Positions 32,595 to 42,834 of a DNA stretch of 57,561 nt are shown piece by piece. The DNA is from a virus. Taxonomy: Duplodnaviria; Caudoviricetes. The notes below the pieces were generated by a model, which had not been told where the DNA came from, did not search any database, and saw only the letters and a program-made list of their open reading frames with translations. The first letter of the stretch is position 1; every line of letters begins with the position of its first letter. The stretch spans positions 1-57,561 of the IMG/VR virus record IMGVR_UViG_3300037697_000007. One strand, given 5' to 3'. The translations under genes and the position numbers were made by a program.

Positions 32595-34862
32595 ATGAAC
32601 CTAAACCAAAATTCTGACTTGAGCGGAGATATAGAAGCCATCGTCCGCATGTTTGAGACTGCCGATGAAAGGGCCGCCAGACTGGCAAAGGTCTCGGCAT
32701 TCTCTGATACGATCAAAAAAAAGAAAAACGGCGCGATCACTGCGCGCAAGCGCTCTGGAATCGAAGATGTCTGGCAGGTATGCGAAGACGGATACGAAGG
32801 CGCTGACGAATACAACCAGAAGGCAGGGGCTGCATACACCAAGGGCAGATCGACCAGCGACGGACTGCGCGAGGTAAAGAAAGCGCCGCGAGGACGTAGT
32901 ACGGTAATTCCGAACATCACACGACAGTATGTTGATGCGGCAAGTGCGCGGTTGAGCGACATGCTGATTCCCACCGACGACATTAACTGGGCATTGGAAG
33001 ACAGTCCTGTTAAGGATGTGGTCGAACAACAGCGCGCAGGGATTCGTCAAGATCGGCCGCCTGGAATAATGAGTCGTATTGGCAGCAGTATAGCCGGGGT
33101 ATTTGGGCAGCAACCGCAGCAACCTGCGCAAGCGCCGGCACAAGAGAAAAAAGCCATCGAGATCGCCTCCGAAACGATCAACGACTGGCATGCAGAGTGT
33201 CGCTACCATAGCGAGGTACGCAAGGTCATCGAAAGCTCTGCGCGTATCGGGGCGGGCATCCTGAAAGGGCCGCACCCAACCAAGCGCAGGAGCCGCAAGG
33301 CCATTCAAAAGGATGGGCGATGGGGAGTCGAAGTCGAGATCAAGGTATCGCCGGCCTCGACATACGTGAGCGCGTGGAACTTCTACCCAGACTATCCCGC
33401 ATGCGGAAATGACATTCAGCGCGGCTCGTTCGTGTTCGAGCGCGACGACATCACCGCCAAGGCGTTGAGCGACCTTCGCGGCGGCGAGTTGGGCTATATC
33501 GACGAGATGATCGATATGTGTCTGGCGGAAGGCCCAAGCCCGGACAACAAAGAAGCGCGGCGCGAAGACTACACGCCGAACGATGCCGATCTGTTCGAGA
33601 TTTGGTACTACTACGGCTTCGTGTCAAAAGAGGACATGGAGGCGGCAGGTTGCGAAGGTTCGAAGGAATACGAGCCGTGCATCGTCACGATGGTAAATGA
33701 CCGGGTAATCAAGGTCACGCTGTCCGTGCTGGATACTGGCGAATTCCCGTTCGACGTAATGGTGTGGCAGGCCAGGCTGGATCATTGGGCTGGGATTGGC
33801 GTAGCGGAGCAAATCGCCACTTGCCAGAAGAGCCTGACCGGTGCGGTGCGAGCATTGCAGGACAATATGGCACTGTCGTCTGGGCCTCAGATGGTTGTCG
33901 ATACCTCCAAGATCGAACCGGCAGATGGGAAGTGGACTATCACGCCGTGGAAGTTTTGGCGCAAGCGCGTTGACTCGGAGGAAATGGGCGATGTGAGACA
34001 AGCAATTACCATCATCAGCATCGAGACACGCCAAGCAGAGTTGCTGAACATCATCAATTACTGGACGCGCGAGGCAGAAACCGTTACAAGCCTGCCGATG
34101 CTGTTGCAGGGTCAAATGGGCGGAGCGCCTGAGACATTTGGTGGGCAGCAGATCGTCAACAACAACGGCAGCACCGTCCTTCGTCGGATTGCTAGAACGT
34201 TCGATGACCGCATTACCGAACCGCATATCGGGCGCTACTACGAATATCTGATGCTGCACGGCCCGGATGAAGCGAAGGGCGATTTCGTAGTCAAGCCGCG
34301 CGGATCTTCCGCATTGGTGGAACGTGAACTCCAGAAGCGCGAGACGATGCAACTGCTGGGCGCTTCACTCAACCCTGCATACGGCGTCAAGCCGGAAAAG
34401 GTGATGAAGGAAGTGCTCAAGGGAATGCGCTTCGATCCGGACAACTTCGGCTACAGCGAAGAAGAGAAGCAGGCTATGGCACAGCAACAACAGCCGGAAG
34501 ACCCTCGCATCACGGCAGCCAAAATCATGGCAGAGTCGCGCATTGGAGTTGAGCAAATGCAAGCCAATGAAGAGGCAGTCCGCGCTGAAGCGAATGCGCA
34601 GATGGTATTGCTGCGGCAGCAGTGGGAGTCTAGAGAGAAGGAGCTAGACCGCCAGAACGAGCTTGTGATTGCCGCTATTAACGAGCGAATGCAGAACACG
34701 CAACTGACCAGCGGAGAGCGGCAGAATCTTGACAAGATCAAGGCAACTCTGGCAGGGAAGACTGCCGAACTGCGCACACAGAAGGAATTATCGATGCAAG
34801 CAATCAGCCCGCCGACTGAGCCGGCAGGTCGCGCACCTGACGGACAATCATGGCAGAAATAA
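32595..34862 (+). CDS. Portal protein (P22/N4-like podoviral)
   Basis: 755 aa; GAGILKGP, WNFYPD, GIGVAEQ, DNMALSSGPQ; Gln-rich coiled C-terminus. Confidence 0.88.
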   Translation: MNLNQNSDLSGDIEAIVRMFETADERAARLAKVSAFSDTIKKKKNGAITARKRSGIEDVWQVCEDGYEGADEYNQKAGAAYTKGRSTSDGLREVKKAPRGRSTVIPNITRQYVDAASARLSDMLIPTDDINWALEDSPVKDVVEQQRAGIRQDRPPGIMSRIGSSIAGVFGQQPQQPAQAPAQEKKAIEIASETINDWHAECRYHSEVRKVIESSARIGAGILKGPHPTKRRSRKAIQKDGRWGVEVEIKVSPASTYVSAWNFYPDYPACGNDIQRGSFVFERDDITAKALSDLRGGELGYIDEMIDMCLAEGPSPDNKEARREDYTPNDADLFEIWYYYGFVSKEDMEAAGCEGSKEYEPCIVTMVNDRVIKVTLSVLDTGEFPFDVMVWQARLDHWAGIGVAEQIATCQKSLTGAVRALQDNMALSSGPQMVVDTSKIEPADGKWTITPWKFWRKRVDSEEMGDVRQAITIISIETRQAELLNIINYWTREAETVTSLPMLLQGQMGGAPETFGGQQIVNNNGSTVLRRIARTFDDRITEPHIGRYYEYLMLHGPDEAKGDFVVKPRGSSALVERELQKRETMQLLGASLNPAYGVKPEKVMKEVLKGMRFDPDNFGYSEEEKQAMAQQQQPEDPRITAAKIMAESRIGVEQMQANEEAVRAEANAQMVLLRQQWESREKELDRQNELVIAAINERMQNTQLTSGERQNLDKIKATLAGKTAELRTQKELSMQAISPPTEPAGRAPDGQSWQK

Positions 34863-35071
34863 TTCGTCTCACCCACGAAGAGATCAACTCTCCGGCGTGG
34901 AAGAAAGTTAAAGCATGGTCTGAACAGGAACTCGCGCTGTTGCGCGTCAACCTGGAAGCAGACCAAACGCCTGAGCGCACAGCCAAATTGCGCGGGCAAA
35001 TTCGTTCACTGAGTTTACTGTCGGCACTGGAATCTCCGGCCCCGGCAATCGTGGATGACGACGCGGAGTAA
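34850..35071 (+). CDS. Small conserved head-region protein
   Basis: SPAWKKV...TAKLRGQI, between portal and scaffold. Confidence 0.7.
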   Translation: MAEIIRLTHEEINSPAWKKVKAWSEQELALLRVNLEADQTPERTAKLRGQIRSLSLLSALESPAPAIVDDDAE

Positions 35072-35092
35072 TCTGCCGAATCATCGAATTGG

Positions 35093-35115
35093 AGCCGCCT
35101 TATGGGCGGTTTTTT
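35093..35115 (+). terminator. Terminator-like hairpin
   Basis: GCCGCCT TATG GGCGGT followed by a T-run. Confidence 0.6.
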
Positions 35116-35134
35116 ATTTGTGGAGAAACAACGC

Positions 35135-35995
35135 ATGGCTGACGAAAAGGAACTGATGCAAGAAGATCAGGATCGCGCAGCAATGGAGGCCGCTTTTGCC
35201 GCTTCCGATGAAGCCGAATCTGCTCCCAGCATCGAACCGCCGAAGCAAGAAGAAGCACCTGTAGAGGAAACGAAGCAGGAAGAGGTCAAGGATCATGAAG
35301 TACAGGAGCCTATAGAGGAAAAGCCGGTGGCAACGCCCGCTTTGACTGAAGACCAATTGCGCTTGCTGTCGGCTATTCCTGAACTTGAAAAACGACTCAC
35401 CCAGCAGGTTGACAAGGTTGCCGGTAATTACGGCGAGGTCAAGCGGTTGATCGGAGAGATGCAAAAAGCAGCGGCCACTCCGCGAGGGGCATCCGAGTTT
35501 AGCGCATCCGAAGATATGACGCAGTTTGAACAGGACTTCGCGGAAATCGCAAATCCCGTCAAGCAAATGATCGAGCAACGATTAGCCAGCCTTAACCAAG
35601 GAATTTCTGCCGACCAGCTTGAGGCGTACATCGCATCCAGAGAAACAGATCAGCGCAACAGGGCCGTTCAAGCACTGGATGAAATGCACCCGGACCGACT
35701 CGAAATCATCCAGACGAAGGAGTGGGGAGATTGGTTAGGCAGTTTGCCAAAATACCGGCAGGCAGCAATCGCCAATTCTCAAGACCTGCACTACGTCGCC
35801 GGAGAGATCGGAGCTTTCAAGGATCATCGTCAGGCACAAATCGAGCTTGCCCAAAAGCAAGCGCAGCAAGACGCAAAAAGCAAATCGCGGGTGGAAAAGG
35901 CTGTAACCCCTAGCGGGTCGCGCCAATCCACCCAATCAACCATTTCGGAAGAAGATGCGATGCGTAAGGCATTCGCTGAAGCCGATAATCTGTAA
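35135..35995 (+). CDS. Capsid scaffolding protein
   Basis: Acidic coiled coil immediately upstream of the capsid gene. Confidence 0.75.
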   Translation: MADEKELMQEDQDRAAMEAAFAASDEAESAPSIEPPKQEEAPVEETKQEEVKDHEVQEPIEEKPVATPALTEDQLRLLSAIPELEKRLTQQVDKVAGNYGEVKRLIGEMQKAAATPRGASEFSASEDMTQFEQDFAEIANPVKQMIEQRLASLNQGISADQLEAYIASRETDQRNRAVQALDEMHPDRLEIIQTKEWGDWLGSLPKYRQAAIANSQDLHYVAGEIGAFKDHRQAQIELAQKQAQQDAKSKSRVEKAVTPSGSRQSTQSTISEEDAMRKAFAEADNL

Positions 35996-36007
35996 AGGAA
36001 AAATACC

Positions 36008-37045
36008 ATGACTTTTGCTACATTGAATTCGCCGGCCCAGCGAATCGGTAAACAACTTGGCCGTATTCTGAAACATGCCATCCTGACCCAAACCCTCGAA
36101 ATCAGCGGTGAAGCACACACTGCCGCTGCAAAGCGTGGTGCCACGGTCAGCTTCCGCCAAGTAGTTCCTTACGGTGCTACCGCTGCGGCTCCCAACACGT
36201 TCTCCAATACTGCGGCTGCCCACCTGATCCAAGAGGGAGTTACCCCTCCGGCGGATACGTTGGTCGTTCTGGACACCGAAGTGACGGTCAACAAGTATGG
36301 TGCGCTGTACGGCTATACCGACAACACCGATTCGCTGGGCGAAGACGACATCCCGATGTGGATGGAAGAACAGCTCGGTGAACGTCTCGGTGACGTGCGC
36401 GAGAAGATCTACATCGGCGCGGTGCAGGGATGTACCAACCGCTTCTACAGCGGCGGCACGACTCGTCTGACCACGGACGAGCCGGTCACGCTGAACCTGG
36501 TTAACCGCATCACACGCAGCCTTGGCGGAAATCATGCGAAGTTCGTGCGTAATGCCATGTCGTCCTCGGTGAACGCGGGTTCGGTGTCGTTGCAGAAGAC
36601 CTATCTGGCCTTTGGTAACCTTAACCTGCAACAGGACATCGAGGCAATTCCCAACTTCAAGGCGGTTTCCGACTACGGCAAGATGCAGACCGCGCATGAA
36701 ATGGAAATCGGCTGCGTCGGCTCTGTCCGCTTCATCCTGTCGCCGGACATGCCGCTGATCGTTGACGCTGGTGCTGCCATTGCCGGGACGAACAACTACT
36801 CCACGACCGGCACATCCGCCGACATCGCGCAGTTGTTCGTGATCGCCAAGGACGCATGGGGCCACGTCGCTTTCCGCGGTCTGGATGCCATCAAGTTCAA
36901 CAACATCTCGCCCAACAAGGTGGACAAGTCTGACCCGACCGGCGAGCGCGGCTATTGCTCCGGCACGTTCTACGATTGCGCGTTCATCGCCAATCACGGC
37001 TGGATGGCTGTTGCGGAAGTGACTTACTCCAGCCTGACCAACTAA
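36008..37045 (+). CDS. Major capsid protein (N4-gp56 family)
   Basis: LIQEGVTP, KYG, EIGCVGSVRFI, DKSDPTGERG, NHGWMAVAE. Confidence 0.92.
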   Translation: MTFATLNSPAQRIGKQLGRILKHAILTQTLEISGEAHTAAAKRGATVSFRQVVPYGATAAAPNTFSNTAAAHLIQEGVTPPADTLVVLDTEVTVNKYGALYGYTDNTDSLGEDDIPMWMEEQLGERLGDVREKIYIGAVQGCTNRFYSGGTTRLTTDEPVTLNLVNRITRSLGGNHAKFVRNAMSSSVNAGSVSLQKTYLAFGNLNLQQDIEAIPNFKAVSDYGKMQTAHEMEIGCVGSVRFILSPDMPLIVDAGAAIAGTNNYSTTGTSADIAQLFVIAKDAWGHVAFRGLDAIKFNNISPNKVDKSDPTGERGYCSGTFYDCAFIANHGWMAVAEVTYSSLTN

Positions 37046-37063
37046 TCAACGAAAGGAATCGAC

Positions 37064-37558
37064 ATGAACCGTAATCTCGAAGGTGCAACTTTTGGCACCA
37101 TTAAAACCGGGCTGGTCAAGGGTACGACCAGTACACTCACCACCACCGTCACTTCTGCCGGCATGATCGGCGGCAAGTATGTCACCGGCGTTACTGCCCT
37201 GACCAACTCTGCCGCGCCGACAACCGACATCGTTACCGGCTCTGCATTTGTGGCCCTGACAGACAATCAGGCAACCGTGCTGGTAGTTGGTCAAGAGGCA
37301 GACGGAACCGTGGTGATGGCTCAAGGCTCCATCGAAGCGACCCAGGTTGGTGTTACTACGACCGCCGGCGACTTCATCCTTGCGCCTCAATTCCCTAACC
37401 TGCCGGCCGACTTCATGGTGTGGGGATACGTCTTGGTGCGCACAGCGCCAAGCGCATCTGATTACACGCCGGGAACAAGCAACTGGGATGCGACCGGTGT
37501 TACTGCAAGCCAGTTCGTTCAGTGCGGTGTGTTGCCGGATCGTCCGCAAATAAGCTGA
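37064..37558 (+). CDS. Putative head decoration/cement protein
   Basis: Follows the capsid gene, before a terminator. Confidence 0.6.
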   Translation: MNRNLEGATFGTIKTGLVKGTTSTLTTTVTSAGMIGGKYVTGVTALTNSAAPTTDIVTGSAFVALTDNQATVLVVGQEADGTVVMAQGSIEATQVGVTTTAGDFILAPQFPNLPADFMVWGYVLVRTAPSASDYTPGTSNWDATGVTASQFVQCGVLPDRPQIS

Positions 37559-37574
37559 TTCTAGCTGACTAACC

Positions 37575-37599
37575 AGAGCCGCTTTCGGGCGGCTCTTTT
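37575..37599 (+). terminator. Intrinsic terminator
   Basis: AGAGCCGCT TTCG GGCGGCTCT followed by TTT. Confidence 0.8.
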
Positions 37600-37616
37600 C
37601 ATAAAGGAGAAACAGC

Positions 37617-38084
37617 ATGGCAAGACCAAAATCAATCATTTCAACTGATGACGTTGAAATCCGCACCTTGCCGGAAATTGGCGAGGATGACCCGGAGTTG
37701 ATTGCATCCAGCTCGATGTCGAAGGCCAAAGTCGAAAAATTCATGAACGAGAAGGTCGTGATCGAGATCGAGGCCAGCGATGATCCGAATGCAGAAGTAT
37801 TTGTGCATTCTGGAAACAACGGGCGCGCTCAGTACATCAAACGCGGCGAGCCGCAAGCCATCAAGCGCAAGTACCTATATTCGCTGTTGGCCGCCCAGAA
37901 GGTTGGTTTCGGCTGCGCATTTGGCCGCGATGCGAACGGCAACGAGTACAACCGACTGTCTCCCAGCTCCAGCACGACCCATCGCGTTCGACTGATCCGC
38001 GACGACAGCCCGCAAGGCGGCATGAAGTGGATTCAGCAAGCCATCCGCGAGACAGCCAACGTGCAGGCCGGCGTAACACTGTAA
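37617..38084 (+). CDS. Conserved hypothetical morphogenesis protein
   Basis: FMNEKV.I, NG...YIKRG, D.SPQG..W. Confidence 0.7.
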   Translation: MARPKSIISTDDVEIRTLPEIGEDDPELIASSSMSKAKVEKFMNEKVVIEIEASDDPNAEVFVHSGNNGRAQYIKRGEPQAIKRKYLYSLLAAQKVGFGCAFGRDANGNEYNRLSPSSSTTHRVRLIRDDSPQGGMKWIQQAIRETANVQAGVTL

Positions 38085-38171
38085 CAGGCATCAATACGGT
38101 CTTCGGATCGTGATCGTAATCATCAATCTTCTGGGGCCATTGGCCCCCTTTTACTTTTCGAGGAAACCAAA

Positions 38172-39788
38172 ATGACCACAACCATCGTGCAAGGCTTCAT
38201 CAACTCCATCCCGGACAAACGCATCGCGCGTGCGTTCTCGGAAATCTTCTCCCGAATCACCCCGTCCAAGCTGGACACGGCGATCACCGCCCATGCTGGC
38301 GGCACCAAGTCTGCGGCACTGGCGCTGAAACCGACCTGCTCGTTCCATGATGTGACCACCGTAGCTACCGCGGCTGACTCCATCCTGCTGCCGCCGGCCA
38401 AAGAGGGCGAGTTCCATTTCGTCAAGAACTCCGCAGCCGCCAATGCGATGCAGGTATTCGGACAGGGTACTGACACCATCGACTCGGTGGCGACTGGGAC
38501 TGGTGTATCGCAACTGGCTGGAGATGGCGTGATGTATTACTGCCTCGTTCCGGGTAACTGGCTACGCATCGGCGGGGTATCGGCTACAGAAGTTTTCTCC
38601 GCGATCACCACGGCAACGCTGAATGCAACCACGTCCATCACTGTCACATCGGCTAATGCTTCTGCGCTGGCTGTGGGTCGCTTGGGCGCAACTACTCCGG
38701 CGTTCTCTGTGGATGCTTCCACCGCAACACAAGTTGCCGGCTTGAAAGTAACCGGCGCTGCTACTGGCGGAACTGTGGCTGTTGTTGCAACAGACTCCGG
38801 TGCTGACGCTAGTTTGACGATCAACGCAAAAGGTGCTGGAACTATCGGCATCGGCTCTGTTTCGACTGGAGCCGTAACGATTACCCCCGCGCTTGGCGTA
38901 AGCTCGACAATTACCGGGACATCCGCATCAGCATCCGCTCTTGCGGTGGGTAGGCTTGGTGCAACGACCCCAGCTTTGAATGTTGACGCATCCACAGCAA
39001 CAAGCGTAACAGGACTGAAAGTTAAGTCTGCCGCTGCTGCCGGCGGCCTGGCGGTGAGCACCACATCTTCTGCAACAGACGAAAGCCTGACGATTGACGC
39101 AAAAGGATCTGGCACTGTAACCATCAACGGTACGGCAACAGGTATCGTTATCCTTCCGGCAGGTACAACCATCGGCGGCTCTGCTGTTGCGGCTTTGGGG
39201 GTAGTTACATCAAGCTCGGCAAATGCGGTTGCTGTCGGCCCAAATGGTGCGACCAATCCGGTACTCAACATCAACGCGGCTACCGCTTCCGCAGTGGCCG
39301 GTATCAACATTACCGGAGCTGCGACTGGCGGAACTGTAGCGATCACAACAACTGATTCCGGTGCGGATGCCGGCCTGTCTATCGCATCCAAGGGGGCTGG
39401 CGTACTAAGCCTGAACAAGCCTGTTGCTACCCACACTACTAAGGCGGCGATCAACTCTACGGCAACTGCAACAGCCGCAGAAGTTGCAACCGGGTACATC
39501 ACTTCGACCTCTGCTGCGCCAACCACGATCACACTTCCGACTGGTACAGATCTTGGCACGGCATTGGGTGCTTCTCAGGGCTATGTCCATGAGCTGTATG
39601 TCGATAATACAGCAGGCTCCAGCACGGTGACGATTGCCGTGGCAGTCAATGGCATTCTGTCCGCACTTGCGGCGGCAGAAGCTGGTGGGGCAGGACTGCT
39701 GGATGTTGCTAACGGCGTAACCGGGCAGGCTCGATTCACGCTGATGTTCTCCAGCGCGACCGCATACACCTTCACCCGTACCGCTTAA
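38172..39788 (+). CDS. Ala/Thr/Gly-rich fibre-like virion protein with 3 internal repeats
   Basis: ALAVG..GAT.P...VDASTAT.V.GL unit repeated three times. Confidence 0.7.
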   Translation: MTTTIVQGFINSIPDKRIARAFSEIFSRITPSKLDTAITAHAGGTKSAALALKPTCSFHDVTTVATAADSILLPPAKEGEFHFVKNSAAANAMQVFGQGTDTIDSVATGTGVSQLAGDGVMYYCLVPGNWLRIGGVSATEVFSAITTATLNATTSITVTSANASALAVGRLGATTPAFSVDASTATQVAGLKVTGAATGGTVAVVATDSGADASLTINAKGAGTIGIGSVSTGAVTITPALGVSSTITGTSASASALAVGRLGATTPALNVDASTATSVTGLKVKSAAAAGGLAVSTTSSATDESLTIDAKGSGTVTINGTATGIVILPAGTTIGGSAVAALGVVTSSSANAVAVGPNGATNPVLNINAATASAVAGINITGAATGGTVAITTTDSGADAGLSIASKGAGVLSLNKPVATHTTKAAINSTATATAAEVATGYITSTSAAPTTITLPTGTDLGTALGASQGYVHELYVDNTAGSSTVTIAVAVNGILSALAAAEAGGAGLLDVANGVTGQARFTLMFSSATAYTFTRTA

Positions 39789-39869
39789 GGATAAAGGCGC
39801 TTAACACAGCCGCTACCAACGTGGCGGCTGTCCTGATGCGCTTTTCAAAATCAACTCCATGGAAAAACT

Positions 39870-40097
39870 ATGATCCTCGATCCGTCATATGGCAGCAAGA
39901 CGCTGGACGAACTTCAGGCTGAGTTCGTGCAGCTCGGGAATGACCTGTCCACCATTGATGCCAAGCGGCGCGCAATCCTTTCCTTGATGAATAAGCGAAA
40001 GGCAGAGCTGTTGGCGCAGTTCAAGACATCCGATCTGACAGACGTTGAGAAAGAGGCATTGCGTCAAGCCTTATTCGCCAAGGGGATCATCGTATGA
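39870..40097 (+). CDS. Small coiled-coil hypothetical protein
   Basis: ATGA overlap with the adaptor gene. Confidence 0.6.
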   Translation: MILDPSYGSKTLDELQAEFVQLGNDLSTIDAKRRAILSLMNKRKAELLAQFKTSDLTDVEKEALRQALFAKGIIV

Positions 40098-40786
40098 CGT
40101 TTCTTGAGATATGCCAGCGTGCTATGCGCGAAGCATCCGTTGCTGGGTCTGGTCCGTCTACCACGGTCGGGCAGACTGGTATCGAGCGCCATATCGTGCT
40201 GTGGGTCAATTCTGCATGGATGGACATACAACGCAGGCATAACGACTGGCTGTTCATGCGCGGGAGCTTTACGGTCAACACTACAGCGTCGGATGGCGTC
40301 TATGCGTATGGCGACTGCACAGACACTTCCACCAGTGCTGCGATAGCTGCATTCCGTGACTGGCACCGAGACACAATCAAGATTTACCTGACTTCCAGCG
40401 GAGTGGCTGGTGAGGCTTTGATGGAATACATCGACTACCCGACTTGGTACTCGGTCTACAACACCGGCCAGCAGACGGACAGTTACCCGAGGTTTTTCAC
40501 GACCGACTATTCAAAGCGGCTTGTTATTGCGCCGAAGCCGGACGGAATCTATACCGTGTCAGGAGAATATCAGAAGAATGCTACCGAACTTTCCGGTGAT
40601 TCGGATACTCCAGATATGCCGGAAGAATTTCATGACGCCATCTGGTATCGCGCTCTGATGAAGTATGCGCGGTACTACAGCGCGCCTGAAATCTACGACG
40701 ATGCGCGATTCAACTACGACCGCATCATCAATGAGATGGAGATTACACAGATGCCTGAAATCATGCTGGGCGGGCCGATTGTATGA
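40094..40786 (+). CDS. Head-tail adaptor (tail tubular A-like)
   Basis: MTFLEICQR, W.FM, P.PDG.Y, PDMPEEFH.AI. Confidence 0.8.
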   Translation: MTFLEICQRAMREASVAGSGPSTTVGQTGIERHIVLWVNSAWMDIQRRHNDWLFMRGSFTVNTTASDGVYAYGDCTDTSTSAAIAAFRDWHRDTIKIYLTSSGVAGEALMEYIDYPTWYSVYNTGQQTDSYPRFFTTDYSKRLVIAPKPDGIYTVSGEYQKNATELSGDSDTPDMPEEFHDAIWYRALMKYARYYSAPEIYDDARFNYDRIINEMEITQMPEIMLGGPIV

Positions 40787-42834
40787 CACTCCGCTTCCCA
40801 CCGGTACAGACGAAGTATTACCAGTTCGGCGGCGGACTGGACCAAGCTACGCCGCCGATCAAGATGCCGGAAGGTGTGGCTATTGCTGCGTCTAACTTCG
40901 AGTGCGGAATCTATGGCGGGTACACGCGGATAAAAGGCTATGAACGTTACGACGGGCAGGCCAAGCCTTCAGATGCGCAGTACAGCAGCCTGCCGGTGAC
41001 GGTGACTGGCAGTTACTCGGTGGGAGATACGATTACCGGGGCCACGTCTGGAGCGACAGGGGTAATCATCGCAGCTATTACCGGAATATGGTTCATTACC
41101 AAAGTGGTCGGTACGTTTCAGGCGGAGACCATCAACATCGGCGGTTCTCCGGTGGCGACCTCTTCTGACGGAACATCGACAGGAGGCGCGGCAACGATGG
41201 CGCTGAACGCTACCTATCTGAACCTGGCGGCAGATCAGTACCGCGCCGACATATCTTCGGTCACGGGTTCTGGTTCGATTCTCGGTGTGTGGCAATACAA
41301 CGGTTCGCTGTATGCATTCAGGAACAACGCCGGAGGAACTGCTGCGGTAATGTTCGAGGCAACAGCATCCGGCTGGTCTGCGGTTGCGCTCGGGAAAGAG
41401 CTTAACTTCACCTCTGGCGGAACGGTTGAGATTGCGGTCGGGGACACCATTACCGGGGCAACCTCCGGGGCAACGGCAGTCATCACCGGAGTGGGTTTGC
41501 AAAGCGGAACATGGGCGGCCGGCACGGCTGCCGGTGTGCTGACCTTTGCCAGCCAGACAGGAACCTTCGAAGCGGAAGACCTGAATATCGGCGCGAGCTT
41601 GAATGTTGCGACAATCGCCGGAGATAGTACGGCCATCACGTTATCTCCAAGCGGTCGGTACGAGTTCGTCAACTACAACTTCGGCGGGGCGGCGAATACC
41701 ACCAAGATGTACGGATGCGACGGAGTGAATAAGGCGTTCGAGTTCGATGGCACGGCATTCATCCGCATCAGCACCGGGATGGCGACTGATACCCCGGAAC
41801 ACATCACGGCATTCAAGAAACATCTGTTCATCTCCATCGCCGGGTCGGTCCAGCATAGCGGAATCGGAACTCCACATGCGTGGACGCCGATTACCGGGGC
41901 GGCTGAAATAGCGGTAGGAGATCAATGCACCGGATTCATGCTTCAGACTGGCGGGACGACGGTCGGAACGATGGTCATCTTCAATCGCAACCAGACCTAC
42001 ATCCTGTACGGGAACAGCTCGGCGGACTGGAATTTGGTGCTATTCAACCCGGAAGCTGGGGCATTGGCATATACCCAGCAGTACATCGGGCAGGGAATCG
42101 TACTGGATGACCGCGGAATAACAACAGTAGGTGCCTCTCAGAATTTCGGAAACTTCACCCAATCCACCATCTCGCGCAAGGTCGATAACTATCTGCGCGA
42201 CCTGATCGACAACGCTATAGCAAGTTGCATCGTTCGAGAGAAGAACCAGTACCGGCTGTTCTTCTCCGGGGGAGATGCGCTGTACGTGACATTCGAGCAG
42301 AACAAGCTAGCCGGGATGATGCCTGTGTCGCTGACCAATCCGGTGACGTGTATCTGCTCGCAGGAATCCGCGAACGGGGTTGAGGAAATCTACTTCGGAT
42401 CAACCAACGGAATGGTTTACCAGATGGACAGAGGCACTTCGTTCGATGGGGAGCCTATCTCGTACAATCTGGAGCTTTCCTACAACCACTTCGGCAATCC
42501 GAGGCTTCTAAAGCAGTATCGCAAGGCAGCTATCGAGGTGTCCGGTTCTCACTATTGCGAATTCAATTTTGCATATTCTCTAGGATACGGAACTACTGAG
42601 CTTTCTCAACCCGCCGGCTCGACCATCGAAAACAACCTGTCCGGAACAAATTGGGACTCGTTCACCTGGGACAACTTCTTTTGGGACGGACGCAACCTGC
42701 TTCCATCTGAGGCTGATATGGACGGGGTTGCGGAGAACATCTCGCTGATCTTTTCCGGGACATCTGATGAATTCGACTCGTTCACCATCGGCGGGGTTTC
42801 TATCGCTTACACACCAAGAAGGATGCTTAGATAA
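40783..42834 (+). CDS. Tail nozzle / stabilisation protein (tubular B-like)
   Basis: GGLD..TP N-terminus, beta-rich, KNQYRLFF. Confidence 0.8.
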   Translation: MTLRFPPVQTKYYQFGGGLDQATPPIKMPEGVAIAASNFECGIYGGYTRIKGYERYDGQAKPSDAQYSSLPVTVTGSYSVGDTITGATSGATGVIIAAITGIWFITKVVGTFQAETINIGGSPVATSSDGTSTGGAATMALNATYLNLAADQYRADISSVTGSGSILGVWQYNGSLYAFRNNAGGTAAVMFEATASGWSAVALGKELNFTSGGTVEIAVGDTITGATSGATAVITGVGLQSGTWAAGTAAGVLTFASQTGTFEAEDLNIGASLNVATIAGDSTAITLSPSGRYEFVNYNFGGAANTTKMYGCDGVNKAFEFDGTAFIRISTGMATDTPEHITAFKKHLFISIAGSVQHSGIGTPHAWTPITGAAEIAVGDQCTGFMLQTGGTTVGTMVIFNRNQTYILYGNSSADWNLVLFNPEAGALAYTQQYIGQGIVLDDRGITTVGASQNFGNFTQSTISRKVDNYLRDLIDNAIASCIVREKNQYRLFFSGGDALYVTFEQNKLAGMMPVSLTNPVTCICSQESANGVEEIYFGSTNGMVYQMDRGTSFDGEPISYNLELSYNHFGNPRLLKQYRKAAIEVSGSHYCEFNFAYSLGYGTTELSQPAGSTIENNLSGTNWDSFTWDNFFWDGRNLLPSEADMDGVAENISLIFSGTSDEFDSFTIGGVSIAYTPRRMLR

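Noticed and set aside
35936-36997. Long antisense ORFs (also 38537-39559, 47534-48529, 892-1830)
   Set aside because: Shadow frames of well-supported genes on the opposite strand, with no motifs or RBS.
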